Source: Octopus vulgaris
Lineage: Eukaryota
Length of the DNA stretch: 64,000 bases
Reading direction: 5' to 3'
Assembly (NCBI GenBank): GCA_951406725.2
Contig: OX597826.1
Location: forward strand, 62,000,001-62,064,000
Below are positions 42,683-56,542 of this stretch, piece after piece (the stretch's first letter is position 1; the number at the start of each line of letters is the position of its first letter). The notes under the pieces were generated by a model that ran no database searches, had not been told where the DNA came from, and was given only the letters and a program-made list of their open reading frames with translations. Position numbers and translations under genes: made by a program.

Positions 42683-43256
42683 AATATATATGTTATCGCC
42701 GATTCAACGGTGACTATTTGACGCCAGGCATTTTAATGCTTGTCTCATTCTCTCCGCCTCTTTGTCTCTCTCTCTCTCTCTCTGTCTTTCTCTCATTTCC
42801 TCTATCTCTATCCCAGTCTTGATCTCTGTATGTACTTGGTTTTGTACGCGTCCACGTGCGTTTCCATCTTGTGCCAAAATATATAATTTCTAATCAGTCG
42901 TGCCAAATTGTCAGTCTTCGAAACAATCACGCCTAAACCCAGTTCGAATTCCTTATGTATACAGTGTTTAGAGACATAGAGACACTCATAACTATGTTCG
43001 GTGCGTTGTAGACCATATTATGATACAAAGATTCTAAATCAATTTCATTCTATTAATAGTGAGACTGATATAAAATCTGCAGTTGAAAGGCTTCGGATCA
43101 TCTTACAATTTTTTATTACATTACGTATAATTATGAATGAGTGTGTGCGTGGTGTGTATCTATAAATATGTGTGCGATCATATGATTTCGCATATGTGAT
43201 CGCACGCTTGAGTGTACACCTGTCGATGCTTATGTGGCAGGAATACTAGAACTGTT

Positions 43257-43378
43257 ACGTACTGGGGTCGATATAATCGACATAATCCGTTTGTCTGTCC
43301 TTGTTTGTCCCCTCTGTGTTTAGCCCCTTGTGGGTAGTAAAGAAACAGGTATTTCGTCTGTCATTACATTCTGAGTTC

Positions 43379-43379
<1 letters not shown>
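43257..43379 (+). mobile_element. Circularly permuted Deu/Nin-like SINE fragment
   Basis: The 3' portion of the SINE runs via ggtatttc directly into the 5' portion (gtctg...ttctgagttca). Confidence 0.7.
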
Positions 43380-43436
<57 letters not shown>

Positions 43437-43440
<4 letters not shown>

Positions 43441-43725
43441 AGGCACAATGGCCCAGTAGTTAGGGCCGCGGACTCGCGGTCGTAGGATCACGGTTTCGAT
43501 TCCAAAACCGGGTGTTGTGAGTGTTTATTGAGCGAAAACACCTGAAGCGCCACGAGGCCCTGCTGTACTCTTTCACCACAACTTTCTCTCACTCTTTCTT
43601 CTGTTGGCCTGCTCGCTTAGCCAGCGGGGTAGCGACATTTGAAGGCTAAAACAATGTGAAGCGCATTGTGACCAGCGATGTGTAGCAACATCTGATAGCC
43701 TGGTTAGTCACGTGATCACGTGATA
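43437..43725 (+). mobile_element. tRNA-derived SINE sharing head and core with the 15124 family but with a different 3' tail
   Basis: tggcccagtagttagggccgcggactc...ggtttcgattcc...gtgtttattgagcgaaaacacct...ctttcaccacaactttctctc, then an unrelated tail ending in (tcacgtga)2. Confidence 0.8.
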
Positions 43726-44622
43726 TATATATATAATAGAAATATTTTTCAAAAAGAAAATAGAAACTACACGTGGAAAAGGTATGAGGAAAGTAAGAAG
43801 AAAAAAACCGAAAATGCACATTGGCTATCAAAAAAATAAAGGATATTTTATGAAAGTGCAACATTAATTGGTCCATAGTTAGACATGCAAAACCATACAA
43901 TATAATTTCCAGGAGATGCCGTCTCTGCTCCGAGGAAGCCATGTCCATTCTGTGGACTAACGGGAAGGTAATTAAAAGAATTTCTGAACGACTGTCGAGA
44001 TGCCTACACGCATATAAATGTATTTTCGCACAAAACTGTGAGAATTAATTTTGAGTAACCGATGACTCAATGTAATTTAATTTACTTTAAAGTAAGGATG
44101 CCTTAAGTTTACTTTTAACCTCCCCATTCTTATAAACACCAAGTAAATAACGAACTCACTTTGTGGTCATGAGTGCACCACATCTCACGTGTGCGTATGC
44201 TAACATTTTTGCTGATGCTTGTTTGAGCGTGTGTACTCGTGCCATGCAGCTTGCCCGAGGGTGTTTATACATCCATATGTGTTAGCGGTTATTTTCAATA
44301 CTTTTCTCGCTGGATTACGTGTTCGTTTCTCTGTTTGTCTTCTGCAATCTTATTTTTGATCTATATATATGAAGATTTTCCCTCCCTCTGGCTGTTATTC
44401 TCTTTACAAAACAGAAAGTTTCATTGTGGAACAGTCATTTTAACGAGTTGTTTTTACTTTTTTATCACCCGACGAGATACGCCTGAACCACCGGATACTC
44501 CTGAACCAGTTGTTGAGTGTCCCACAAGAGTAATCGATGCCAAAGGTGTCGAAACAACTGTCGGGATTAATAATAAATTCTCGTATACTCCAAATTCTTT
44601 CATTTGATACATACATACAATC

Positions 44623-44706
<84 letters not shown>

Positions 44707-44741
44707 ATATATATGTATGTAGATATATGTATGTAGATATA

Positions 44742-44821
<80 letters not shown>

Positions 44822-45642
44822 AGAGAAGCAAGGGATAAAACCAATGTTGGGAGCGAATGATACGATGAAACGACGGCAACTTAACCTCCAACAACTACCG
44901 CCCTAAAGTTTTGACAGTTTCAACACCATGATGTCGAAATCTAACGTTAGCAATCTCAACAGCCATTGGATGCGGTTTTTAGGCAACTGATACATAGCCG
45001 ACGAAACGCAAAAATATGTATAACATATAGCAGAATCTGAATAACCGGAACAGAAAAAGAAACACGATGGGGGTGGGGGTGGAATGATATATGTTTAAAA
45101 GATGTGAGTAGGACAAGGAATAGAAAAATACAGATGTGCCTAGAGTGAAATTGTATAACACATATATCTATTCGTGATAAAACTTGACAGTCAATTATGA
45201 TGAAAATTAAAGGAGACTAAGCAAAACGACGAATGGTACAAGATCGACACTGATGTAAAACTAATACGATAATTGCTTGGACGATACCTTTAAGCAGTGT
45301 TGCACTTAATGAAATACGGTAAGGTAAGAGGAGGTTGCTTGGGGTGTTGAAAGATAAGAGAATGGATTGTAGTCAGCAGATTGGGGTGGGAAAAGTAGGA
45401 AGCTGGGAACGGAAGAAAGCAAATTAGATGGATACACAGAGATGACAAGTAGTAAGTGAAAGAGAAAGTGGATCACCTTTATAACAATTGCATTGTGTAG
45501 GAAACAATAGGTCCGTGTTCTTTGTCAGACACGTACGTAAAAAAGAAACACAACTCAAAAAAGACAGTTGGATGAAGCGAAGAAAATGAAAAATTTAGCC
45601 GATATCAATCTATCTTTTTATGTATATATGTATGTATGTATG

Positions 45643-45685
<43 letters not shown>

Positions 45686-45706
45686 TTATCTATTTATCTT
45701 TCTGTA

Positions 45707-45743
<37 letters not shown>

Positions 45744-45768
45744 GTCTATATATATATATATATATATA

Positions 45769-46299
45769 CATAAGGGACATTAGCCATTTGAATGTGGCTA
45801 GGGACAGGGCAGGGCGGTGGGGGTGTTACTGATGCATTTAGCCCCAGGCGATCATCAACGTCACCAGATAGGCTGACACCATCACGGTGTCCTCTATCCT
45901 GCAAAGGGAGATCATTCCCCGAAGAAGCGGATGCCACATACGGACCCAGGTTTCAAGGTATTTGCCTATCGTCAACGTATGGCAGGCACCGCTCCTCGAC
46001 GAACAACTTCCTGTGCAGGATATTTATATGTAGATTTTCACGTAAATACATTTACTGATTTCGAAAATCTGTTCAACAGCAATAATAATTCTCTAAACGA
46101 GATATAGACAGTAACTGCTCCATCACATAAGGGGCATTAGCCATTTGAATGTGGCTAGGGACAGGGCAGGGCGGTGGGGGTGTTACTAATGCATTTAGCC
46201 CCAGGCGATCATCAACGTCACCAGATAGGCTGACACCATCACGGTGTCCTCTATCCTGCAAAGGGAGATCATTCTCCGAAGAAGCGGATGCCACATACG
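45769..46299. repeat. 174-bp direct duplication flanking an inverted piece of the adjacent Tc1 element
   Basis: 45769-45942 matches 46126-46299 with 3 mismatches. Confidence 0.92.
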
Positions 46300-46717
46300 C
46301 TGCACAGGAAGTTGTTCATCGAGCTGCATGCACAGCGAAAAGGAATGAACAATGGCTAACTGAAAATGGGATCAAAAAGCTTCCTTGACCGAGCCAATCT
46401 CCTGGCATGAATCCAACTGAAAATCTTTGGAGCATCCTAGATAGAAGTATACGAAAAACTAGACAGAAACCTATATCTAAAGATGATTTGTTTCGATTGT
46501 TGCGTGAAAAGTGGGCAAAAATTCCACATGAGAAAATCACAAAGCTCATCAGTTCAATGCCAAAAAGAATTTCTGAATTAAAAACTGAAAAGGGAATGTC
46601 AACTAAATATTGAAGTATGTAGTCCTACCTATCGATTACATTTCAATTGTTCACTTTGCGTATTATATAAAAGATTTTAAAAATTAAAGGTGTCATTTTA
46701 CTGCCTTCATGTCTGTA
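46300..46717 (+). mobile_element. Tc1-family transposase 3' part and right end
   Basis: TAK..EQWLTENGIKKLP*PSQSPGMNPTENLWSIL...SMPKRI...KGMSTKY, the Tc1 WP.QSPDLNPIENLW...TKY signature. Confidence 0.88.
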
Positions 46718-46774
46718 TTAGCTCATACACGCATTTTTTCTCTCCTTCTTTCTCTCCTTGTTTCTTTTCTGTGT

Positions 46775-46925
46775 ACCATTCTGTCGAAGAGCGTAGGCTC
46801 GATTCGTAAAATACTTTTTCTATTTCTATTCCTGATGGCTATACTAATACATTTGTTTGTTTGTACTCTACCTGCCTTCGTATTTTGTTTATTTTCGTAA
46901 ACTTTCCCGTTTTATATATATATAT
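46775..46925 (+). mobile_element. Decayed Penelope-like terminus with HHR remnant
   Basis: ctgtcga-a-gagc gtag gctc-gatt-cg-ta (core mutated, stem II intact), followed by ~100 nt and (TA)n. Confidence 0.4.
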
Positions 46926-47359
46926 TGCGCTAAAATTCGAGAACTAACCGACGGATTTCATTCAAATTTTACACATGTCTTAATAAGGGCCCATCAATGT
47001 TACGGGCCAAATAATGTTCAACTTCTTGGATAATACGAGACTGAAACATTGTCTTACCTCTTCCACTGTTTCCCTATTACTTGTCAAAAGTGAAACAATA
47101 AATAACATCTCTATCAATACTTTTACTATTATATGCTTTCAATTTCAATTAGTTTCATTATGTATGTATATGTGTGTATGTATGTATGTATGTATGTATG
47201 TATGTATGTATGTATGTATGTATGTATGTATATATATATATATGTATATATATGTATATATTTATATCTTTGTATATGTATATATAGGTGTGTGTGTGTA
47301 GAAAGAAGACTCGCATATATGTGCATATTTGTTTATGTGCATATGTGCACCTGCTATTG

Positions 47360-47550
47360 TAGCCGCACCATTGCACGACAATCGATGTTGCTGTGTTTAT
47401 GCTTCCATAACTTAGCGGTTCGGCTAGAGACACTGATAGGATAAGTACTAGGCTTCCAAAGAATAAATTTTGTGGCCGATTTTTTCGACCAAAGGCGCTG
47501 CTTCAGCATTGCCGCAGTCATATTACTGAACAAGTAAATTAAAAAAAAAA
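47360..47550 (+). mobile_element. 3' half of CORE-type SINE
   Basis: acttagcggttcggc...gataagtactaggctt...gccgcagtca. Confidence 0.75.
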
Positions 47551-47592
47551 GTATGGCATATCAATCCCGAAGACGGCCGAGTATTTGTGCTA

Positions 47593-47648
<56 letters not shown>

Positions 47649-47688
47649 GTATACATGAGTGGCTGTTTGGTAAGTAGTTTGCTTACCA

Positions 47689-47721
<33 letters not shown>

Positions 47722-48591
47722 TATATTGTATTATGTGGATTATAGATATATTTTCATTTATATCTGTCTAAATACGCACCATATTTCAATATTCACAAAC
47801 ACGTTCACACGTGCTTACACACGCACGCACATTTATCGTCGTATGTAATAATATATATATCTATGTATGTCAAATCATGCGCATTGTTTTATATATGTCA
47901 AAATCACGTCTAGACTGTGTCTTTACTTAGATCTGTGTTCCACTTTCAATATTTATGGTTATCTTTTTGTTTCCCTTTACACACACATATATACACGCAC
48001 ATACACACGTACTCCTCTCATGTGCAATGCTGTCTCGTATAGATCAGAACGCAACAGTTGACAACAACAATACTAAATAACGCACATCGCTTACAAAGAA
48101 GATTTACAGCTCTATAATATTGATTTCTCTCTACGTTACTTACATCTTGTTTTCCTATCAAGACACAAATTTGTTCGATATATTATACATTAACAATAAA
48201 TGTGTACATAAACACGGAATCTATATCTATGAGGGGATATTTTATAGTATATCAGAATCGGTATTCACTACAAAAAAAAACAACAACACCTACAACGTCA
48301 AAGACAGCAACAGTAACAACAACAACAACAACAACAAACAAACAAGTAAAAAATAAGAAAAATATCGGCCCCAAAAATCTGACAGAAAGGTTTTACAGAT
48401 ACGGCAACAACAATATATAAAATGCATAACTTATTTCCGGTCAGCAGAAATAAGCAAAACACAAAATAGAGTAAATGATGCATAAAAGCAGAAAAATGTA
48501 CTCCTGATATATATATATATGAGTATATATACCTGAATGGGTATGTATGGATGTTTAAGTATATATATACATTCATGTGTATACATATCTT

Positions 48592-48683
<92 letters not shown>

Positions 48684-49538
48684 TATGTATATATATATAT
48701 GTACATATGTATATTCGTGAATGTGTAGAACCATACGGAAGCACACATACATGCACATATATGCACATATATTAGTCTTATAAAACAAGTTTCTCCTTTA
48801 CTATTCTTGGATAATTATGAATAATATATAGGCAATATTAGAAAACTCATTGGATGATTAGCTAATGTGTACCCCCAAGCATTTTTTGCATGCTATTAAA
48901 AACTTACAATGACTAACTGAAGTTTCGTTAGCAAGCGAGATTAAAGAGAAAAGGACAATGTGTATGAATAAACTATGGAAACGTAAATAATCTGGGATAG
49001 GAGAGGTTGTATGTATATAAAGATAATGCTTGGCTATGAATAGAATATTATAAAGATAAGGCAGAGAAAATGAAATCTATTCATCTTGAATGATGTTAAA
49101 TATGTGTGATGTAGGACGATATTTTTTTACAAACGAACGCAAAAAGAAAAAAAAATTACTTTGCAAAACGATCCAGTAGTAAGAATTTTTTGAGCATAGA
49201 ATATATTGTAGATGTCTTAGTTTTGCATCTATTTTTATCAAAATATAACATGCGCAAATAACTTACAGATTCACTCAAAATTCACCTCCCGTTCTCTTCA
49301 GCAATTATATATATATATATATATATACATACATATATACGTACATATATATGCAAAAGGTTTAGAGGATAAGAAATTTTAACTTTCTTACCAAGTTTCA
49401 AAATGCTTATCCCAGGTGGCAAATATGTGTGTTTGTATATATATATATATATATATATGAATAAATTTATTTATATATTTATTTATTTGTGTGTGTGTGT
49501 GTGTATATTTTGATAGGTTTTGACCAGTATAGACCCAG

Positions 49539-49594
<56 letters not shown>

Positions 49595-50104
49595 GTGTGT
49601 GTGTGTGTATGTGCAGAGAGAGAAAGAGAGAGAGATAGTATCATTACATGTTGGAAAATAAATACTCCAATGAACATCCACAATAATAGACTTGATACGA
49701 AATAGCTGTAAGTTTTTTTTTCAAAATTACAGTAGGTTAGTAGTGGATTATAGTCGACTATTAACCTATTGTAATTTGGAAAAAACAACTTTTATTCACC
49801 GCGCCCGTATTACATCTATTTCGTATATAGGCTATTATTGTGGATATTCATTGCAGCATCTATTTTTCAACATATAAGGAAGTTACTACCTTCCTCTTTC
49901 TTTCCCTTTCTACATATGTTTATAAATATATGGAATACGTGATGAGTAAGTGCTATTATTGGTCATCTGTTAGGTTCCAAGCTCACAGCTGAGGCTGGAG
50001 CTAGGGATTCGTACTAGGCTTCCAAGACAGGACGAGTATTACAGGTCATTTAGAGGATTTAATTAGAGGAAGGTGAATATAAAAAAAAATGTAAAAGTAA
50101 TTAA

Positions 50105-50181
50105 TGTCTTACAGCTGTTTCTGGGATATCCCAGGTAGAGATCAATATTCTCAAAAACAGAATATTCCTTCATCAGAAACA
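50105..50181 (-). ncRNA. Type I hammerhead motif with expanded, branched stem II
   Basis: TGTTT-CTGATGA-agg aatattct gtttttg agaatatt gatctcta cct gggatatccc a-GAAA-CAGCTG-TA-AGACA, with palindromic stem III (ACAGCTGT). Confidence 0.65.
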
Positions 50182-50787
50182 AGGTGCGTATGCAGGAAAG
50201 TTCTAGACAGAGAATTCACAGCATATGAAAGAATAAAGCAGTAGATAGAAGAAGATAGAAGAATATAGTTCACAATTCATCTTATTCCAGAGAGTTTGGA
50301 ATTCCGTGAAGGAATATCCCCTTAATTGTAATATAATATAATATAATGCATTACTGATATTTTGAAACTTCTTCACCGTTTCTCGTACTGTTAGCGTTCC
50401 GCATTTCAGTCGAGTGTATTAGTATTAATGTGGTAACATCGTAGATTTCGTCTTGGTATATGCTTGGCTGATGAAGTTAAAACAAAATATGGGTGAGAGA
50501 CATATCTTGTAAAACCTGAACCTGCAGGTCCCACATTATCCTTTTCCGGGTGTTTCATCTTTCAGATGTTCTCCCTGGAGGTAAGACGGTTTTTTTCTCT
50601 AATTTGTTGCACACACGCATTTTTGCTAATACATACGCGGTGAAGCTACACATTAGCGTCGTATTTTTACGTTCGCTATTTCCAGTAAATATCGGTACTT
50701 AGTTGTGCCATTTATTTACTAATTTGTGTATTTTTCCCTCACGGGCTACTTTTTACTGGAAGGCAATACTTTGTATTGCATTACTGA

Positions 50788-50857
<70 letters not shown>

Positions 50858-51041
50858 CACACACACAGAGGTACAGAAATTTATTTATATATCGTCGTCT
50901 CAGCATAAAGATGGTAAGATAATTTCAGATTGAGTAGGTTGATTAACACACTTTATACCAACATAGAAACAAAATGTACGTTGAAATGGATTTTGTTAAA
51001 AATTGATATTAATAACCAGACATTTCTATTTGTGTGCATGT

Positions 51042-51093
<52 letters not shown>

Positions 51094-51749
51094 GAATATG
51101 TATGCAATCATATATGTAAGCAAAGTCAAACGCCACATTAATGTGGCTGTTGCATGTTACTACTATTTTAACCTCAGGCAGATCATCCCCCAGCTTGTAA
51201 TCGCTGCAAGGCTGCACTCTTTATACACAATGCGTATTGCCAGAGGGGTAGCGCACACCTACCTTCCACTAGCAGACAACAGGCTCACAAGACTGACCCA
51301 GATTTGAGCTGGTGGTTGATCCTGCGTCGCAAGTACGTGGTCGCCAGAGGGTTAGCCAGGGTTCGCTCCAGCCAACAATATATTGTAAAGAAAGTCACCA
51401 TCGATCACTATTGCGACTAAAGATGATGCCAGCTCAGAACTGAGACAGACTCGCGATCCTGTTGTCTACTAGGGGACAGCAGGGGTTCGCCACCCTCCTG
51501 CTAGTAGTATATATTGTATATAAAAAGTGCAGCGCTGCACATATAACCGGCTGGTGGAAAGTCTGCCTGGGGTTAAACTAGTAGTATTATAGAACAGCCA
51601 CTGTGAAGTGTCGATTGACTTTACTTGATAGAATAGTTTACTCCTCCGTCGTCGTCTTGAGATCTTACAACTACCTATCTTGCTTATATATACACACACA
51701 CACACGTGCACACACACGCACACAAACACTCACACATACACACACATTG

Positions 51750-52150
51750 ATCGGGTTCCTACAGCCGGTCTTCGTCATCGCCTGAATCTCCGAACCCTCC
51801 CTTCGGTGCTTCTACAACGGCGCTTAAGGTGGTTCGGTGATGCGGCCCGGCGTCCAGAGGGTGAGCTGATTCGCGATGTCCTCCTCACGCCTCCACTTCC
51901 CAACTGGTGCAAACGCATTGGCGGGCAGCTGAAGACCTGGGCAACGACGATAAAGGAGGACCTGTCCAAACTCTCAGGTCCGCAGGTGGTCGGTCTGCGC
52001 AGATGGAATCGCGAATGGCTCGTTATCTCCAGTGACCTCGCACAGGACCATTTGAGCGTGGGCCGCCATGGTTTGTGATGCCGTCAGGACCAGGGAAGAA
52101 GGCGGTTCAACCCGCCCTGGGTGAACGCCGTCACAAGTACAAGTAAGTAT
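51750..52150 (+). mobile_element. 5'-truncated RTE-clade LINE (ORF C-terminus plus caagta-repeat tail)
   Basis: QRRLRWFGDAARRPEGELIR...KRIGGQLKTW...KEDL...LAQD, with tail caagtacaagtaagta. Confidence 0.9.
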
Positions 52151-53104
52151 ACACACACATACGCAACTGCGTAAAATGATATTGATAAATGTATGTAAGG
52201 CAGACATATTTGTACATATATATGTCTACTAGCTCATGAAAGTGTATGTGCACGCCTACGTGCGTATGTGTGTGTGTGTGTGTATTTACGTGTATATTTG
52301 TTATAAAAACATATGTATATATTTTTTCGTGCATGTGTATGCGTGTGTAAGCGTGTGCAAGGTGTAGTAAGAGAGAGGTGAGAGTCCGTCTGCGTCTATA
52401 AGATTTTTTTGATGGATTTGTACATGTCTGTGCCTGGGAGTGTTAAATCTCCTTCGAAGTGTTTTAAATACACGCCAATAGACATTTAATTATTTCATTT
52501 AAGAATCACAATCACGGATTTCACTGTCTTTCTCTTTCCATTCCAGACTCTTCCCCCCCTTTCTCTCATTCTTTATGCGTTGATGTTCTGTAAAAACAGC
52601 ATATCGATCATAGATGTAAGTTTGCTGACCTGCTTACAGAATGCATTGTATTATATTACATTAACATATTTTCCTAGTATATTCATTAAGTATTGTTTAA
52701 CCTAGTGCTTAAAGCACAACAAAAGAACATGAATTGTTACAAGCGGGTGTTGATAATTACGCTTTGTTCTCTTGCCCGAGATGAAAGTGGTGTGAATTAA
52801 AGAAAGGCGGTAAAGATATCCAAAGGTGGTTTATCAAGGAAATAGGAAGAAATAACGATTAGTTACACATATATAATTGTAGTACGACAAAGAATATGGC
52901 TGCCGTATCACATCTATGTGACTTGCATGACGTCACAGAACATGATTTCGTTACAAAGGTTTTTTTTTCCCCGTCACAACACAAAACTAAATTGCATGCG
53001 TGTGCTAGCGAGTGAGCCTCTGTGAGCATGTTAATAAATATATTTCAAGTAATGTGTATATAAATATCGTGATATACATACATATGCATGTCTGCGGATA
53101 TATG

Positions 53105-53157
<53 letters not shown>

Positions 53158-53460
53158 CTGTGTGTGTGTTTGTGCGCTCATGTGTATGTACACAGAGAGA
53201 CAGAGAAACGAGGAAAGTTGGAGAAAGTGAGTGTCAGCGACAGAATGTACGTACGCTCTGTGCATGTATGCGTATATGTATGCTATCATGTATGTGCATG
53301 TGTATGTCTACGTGACCCTGTGTGCAGGGGTTATTGCAGATGTGCTTTATTTAGCATTGCTGGATGTGATTATCAAATTCGTTCTTGTCCTTTCATTTTT
53401 CATAAAATGTTCAGGCTCATAAGACGAAAGGATTATTAATTGTGAATACACACACACACA

Positions 53461-53522
<62 letters not shown>

Positions 53523-54224
53523 TGCACGCACATATATAATACTTGTTTCAAACATTAGACTGAGAAATTTGAACTCAGAACCTAAAGATGGACGAAACGC
53601 CGCTAAGCATTTATCCCAGGGTGCTAACGACTCCGCCAGCTCAATGCTTTAATAATGATAATAATCCTTTCTACTATAGGCACAAGGCTTTGAATTTGGC
53701 GGGAGAAGGACAGTCGATTATTTGATGTTGATGCTGGTGGTTTTGCTGTTGTTAGTGATGTTTGTGGTTCTCGCCCCGACGTAGGCAGCAGTGGACGCCG
53801 TAGGCGGCAACGAGCAGACAAATGAGTCTTTTCTCCACACCTAAATAAATGAGGCCTTTTGCCCTCAGTCATATGTATCGCCTTCCCGTTCTGGAGGCGG
53901 ATGTGGTCTGTGATTTTTTAATGTTTTCTGGTTTGATCTGGAGAAGTATCTCCAAGTCAACCCCGGACTAGTCCTCCCTACCAGTTCTTGTCTTCTCTAT
54001 AAGGACAGTATCCGCCTCCTCCACAATCATGCATCCCAGAAACCAGCAAATATCTAGTGCTGGGTGATTCTAGGAATGCGGGCACGGGCTGTACGTTTCC
54101 ACATTTGAGAGTTGTATATGATAACTTTGCTGGTTTTGCAGGCTGTCATTGAATGTTTCGCAGTGCAGGCTTCTGACTTAAACAGCACCGAAAATGAAAT
54201 AAAGTAGTAAAATAAAAACGGGAA

Positions 54225-54255
<31 letters not shown>

Positions 54256-54387
54256 GCGAGTGATTGATACATAAATAGAAATATATATATATATATATAT
54301 ATATATCAATATATACATATATAAATATATAACGATATACATATAAACATATATAAATATATATCTGCATATATCGGTATATATATG

Positions 54388-54464
<77 letters not shown>

Positions 54465-54635
54465 GTAAATATATATATATATATATACGTATATCTGTAC
54501 ACACACACACATATATATGTATATATATATATGTATATATATATATATGTGTATATATATATATATTTATATATATATGTATGTATTTATATATTCATAT
54601 ATATGTATATATGTATATATTTGCATACATATGTA

Positions 54636-54673
<38 letters not shown>

Positions 54674-54913
54674 TAAATATACATATATATACATATATAT
54701 ATACATATATATATATATACATATATGAAAGTGTATAAGAATTAATAACGAGGTACTTAAAATTACGAATCATTTTTACCGTTTAAAATGTTATATAATA
54801 ACTTTTTGCATGCAGAAAGTGTATGCTTTTCTTTCTTTTTATGATCTAGACATATCTGTGATGAAGACCGATAATTTTCAAGTAGGAAAAGGAAAAAAAA
54901 GTCTATAATACTC

Positions 54914-55260
<347 letters not shown>

Positions 55261-55479
55261 CGACGAAAATAAAAACAAAGTGTGTGTTCTCTATTGGTTA
55301 TTTTAGTACAAATCATGAGCAGCAGCCGAAATAAATAAATGAATGAATAATTAAAGATAAAAATATTTCAATAAACATTTTAACAATTCAAATTATAAAA
55401 AAGAAATTCTCCTCTGCAGAACTGATGATTCAACTTCAGATATAAATTCAAAATGATATGAAATGTTTAATTTTGGATG

Positions 55480-55680
55480 ATAAAAAAATAGGCGAGAATT
55501 GATAAAAATTGTTCTATTGAAGATGAACAACCAATGACAATTGAAAGATTTGAAGAATGAATAGAAGAAAACAGGTGTATAAAGTTGACTGTTAAATACG
55601 ATGCTAAAAAGTTGACGATACAAGAACGTTTACGCTTTACATTGGCGTGAAAAGCCCCATTTGAAAAGCAGGTCCTGTCG
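55480..55680 (+). mobile_element. Possible decayed Tc1 transposase HTH region
   Basis: Remnants DLKNE.KKTGV...NTM...REKPHLK. Confidence 0.35.
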
Positions 55681-55711
55681 ATGTAAAAGGAAGATTTGAT
55701 TTTTATCTATG

Positions 55712-55880
55712 AGTGTAGGCATGGCTGTGTGGTTAACAAGCTCTCTCTGCACTCACGTGGTTTTGGGTTCAGTCCCAATTCACGGCACCATGGGCAAGTG
55801 TCTTCTACTATGGCCCCGCGTCAACCAAAGGTTTGGGAGTGAATATTTTTGACGGAAACAAAGCAGAAACCCGTCGGATA
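55712..55880 (+). mobile_element. 5' half of CORE-type SINE
   Basis: gtaggcatggctgtgtggtt...gggttcagtccc...ggcaccatgggcaagtgtcttc. Confidence 0.8.
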
Positions 55881-56542
55881 TATCTATATACTACTAAAAC
55901 TTTCTGATTGCTTGCTTGTCTCTCATTTAACACAGCCAAATCGGCCTATAATAGGAAAATATTATGAATTAATGTAACCCTGATAAGTGAATACAAACGA
56001 AATAAAACAACTTTGAAGTAAATTGGACAAAGGATTCCTTTGGGGGATATTCATGAATATCCAAAACAATGCATAATGGGAAAATACTCCGAAAATAACA
56101 TAACTCTTTAAGGGAAGAAACTCTAGCCTTTCGCTTATGATCAATATCTTTTGTGTTTTGAGGACAAGCTTCATGATCTGGGCAAAGTCTTAGTGTCTTT
56201 AATTTACCAACGAAAAAGTATGAGTTATTTTTTTACTGTAAATGTTTCTATTTTCGCTTTTGTTAAACAGTATTTTAATCGTTTAGAAATATTTTTAAGT
56301 GAATGTGATTTCAAGAATATAAGTTGTTTGTACAGTAAGTATTTTTATTTTTAGCAGTCTTTAAACAGGCAATATTCTAATTTAAAAAAAAAAATATTTT
56401 CAAGTGAATACCAATACAAAACTTTTTGTTGGCAAATTTAAAAAAAGTGAAAATGACTTTAAAAATACAAATTGTTTGTATAGTGAGTATTCATATTTCA
56501 GCTTTCTTTAAACAGACAGTATTTTAATTATTAAAAAGTAGG

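Noticed and set aside
44420-44600. Possible exon ([15 protein letters not shown] on +, [15 protein letters not shown] on -)
   Set aside because: No recognisable domain and no convincing pair of splice sites.
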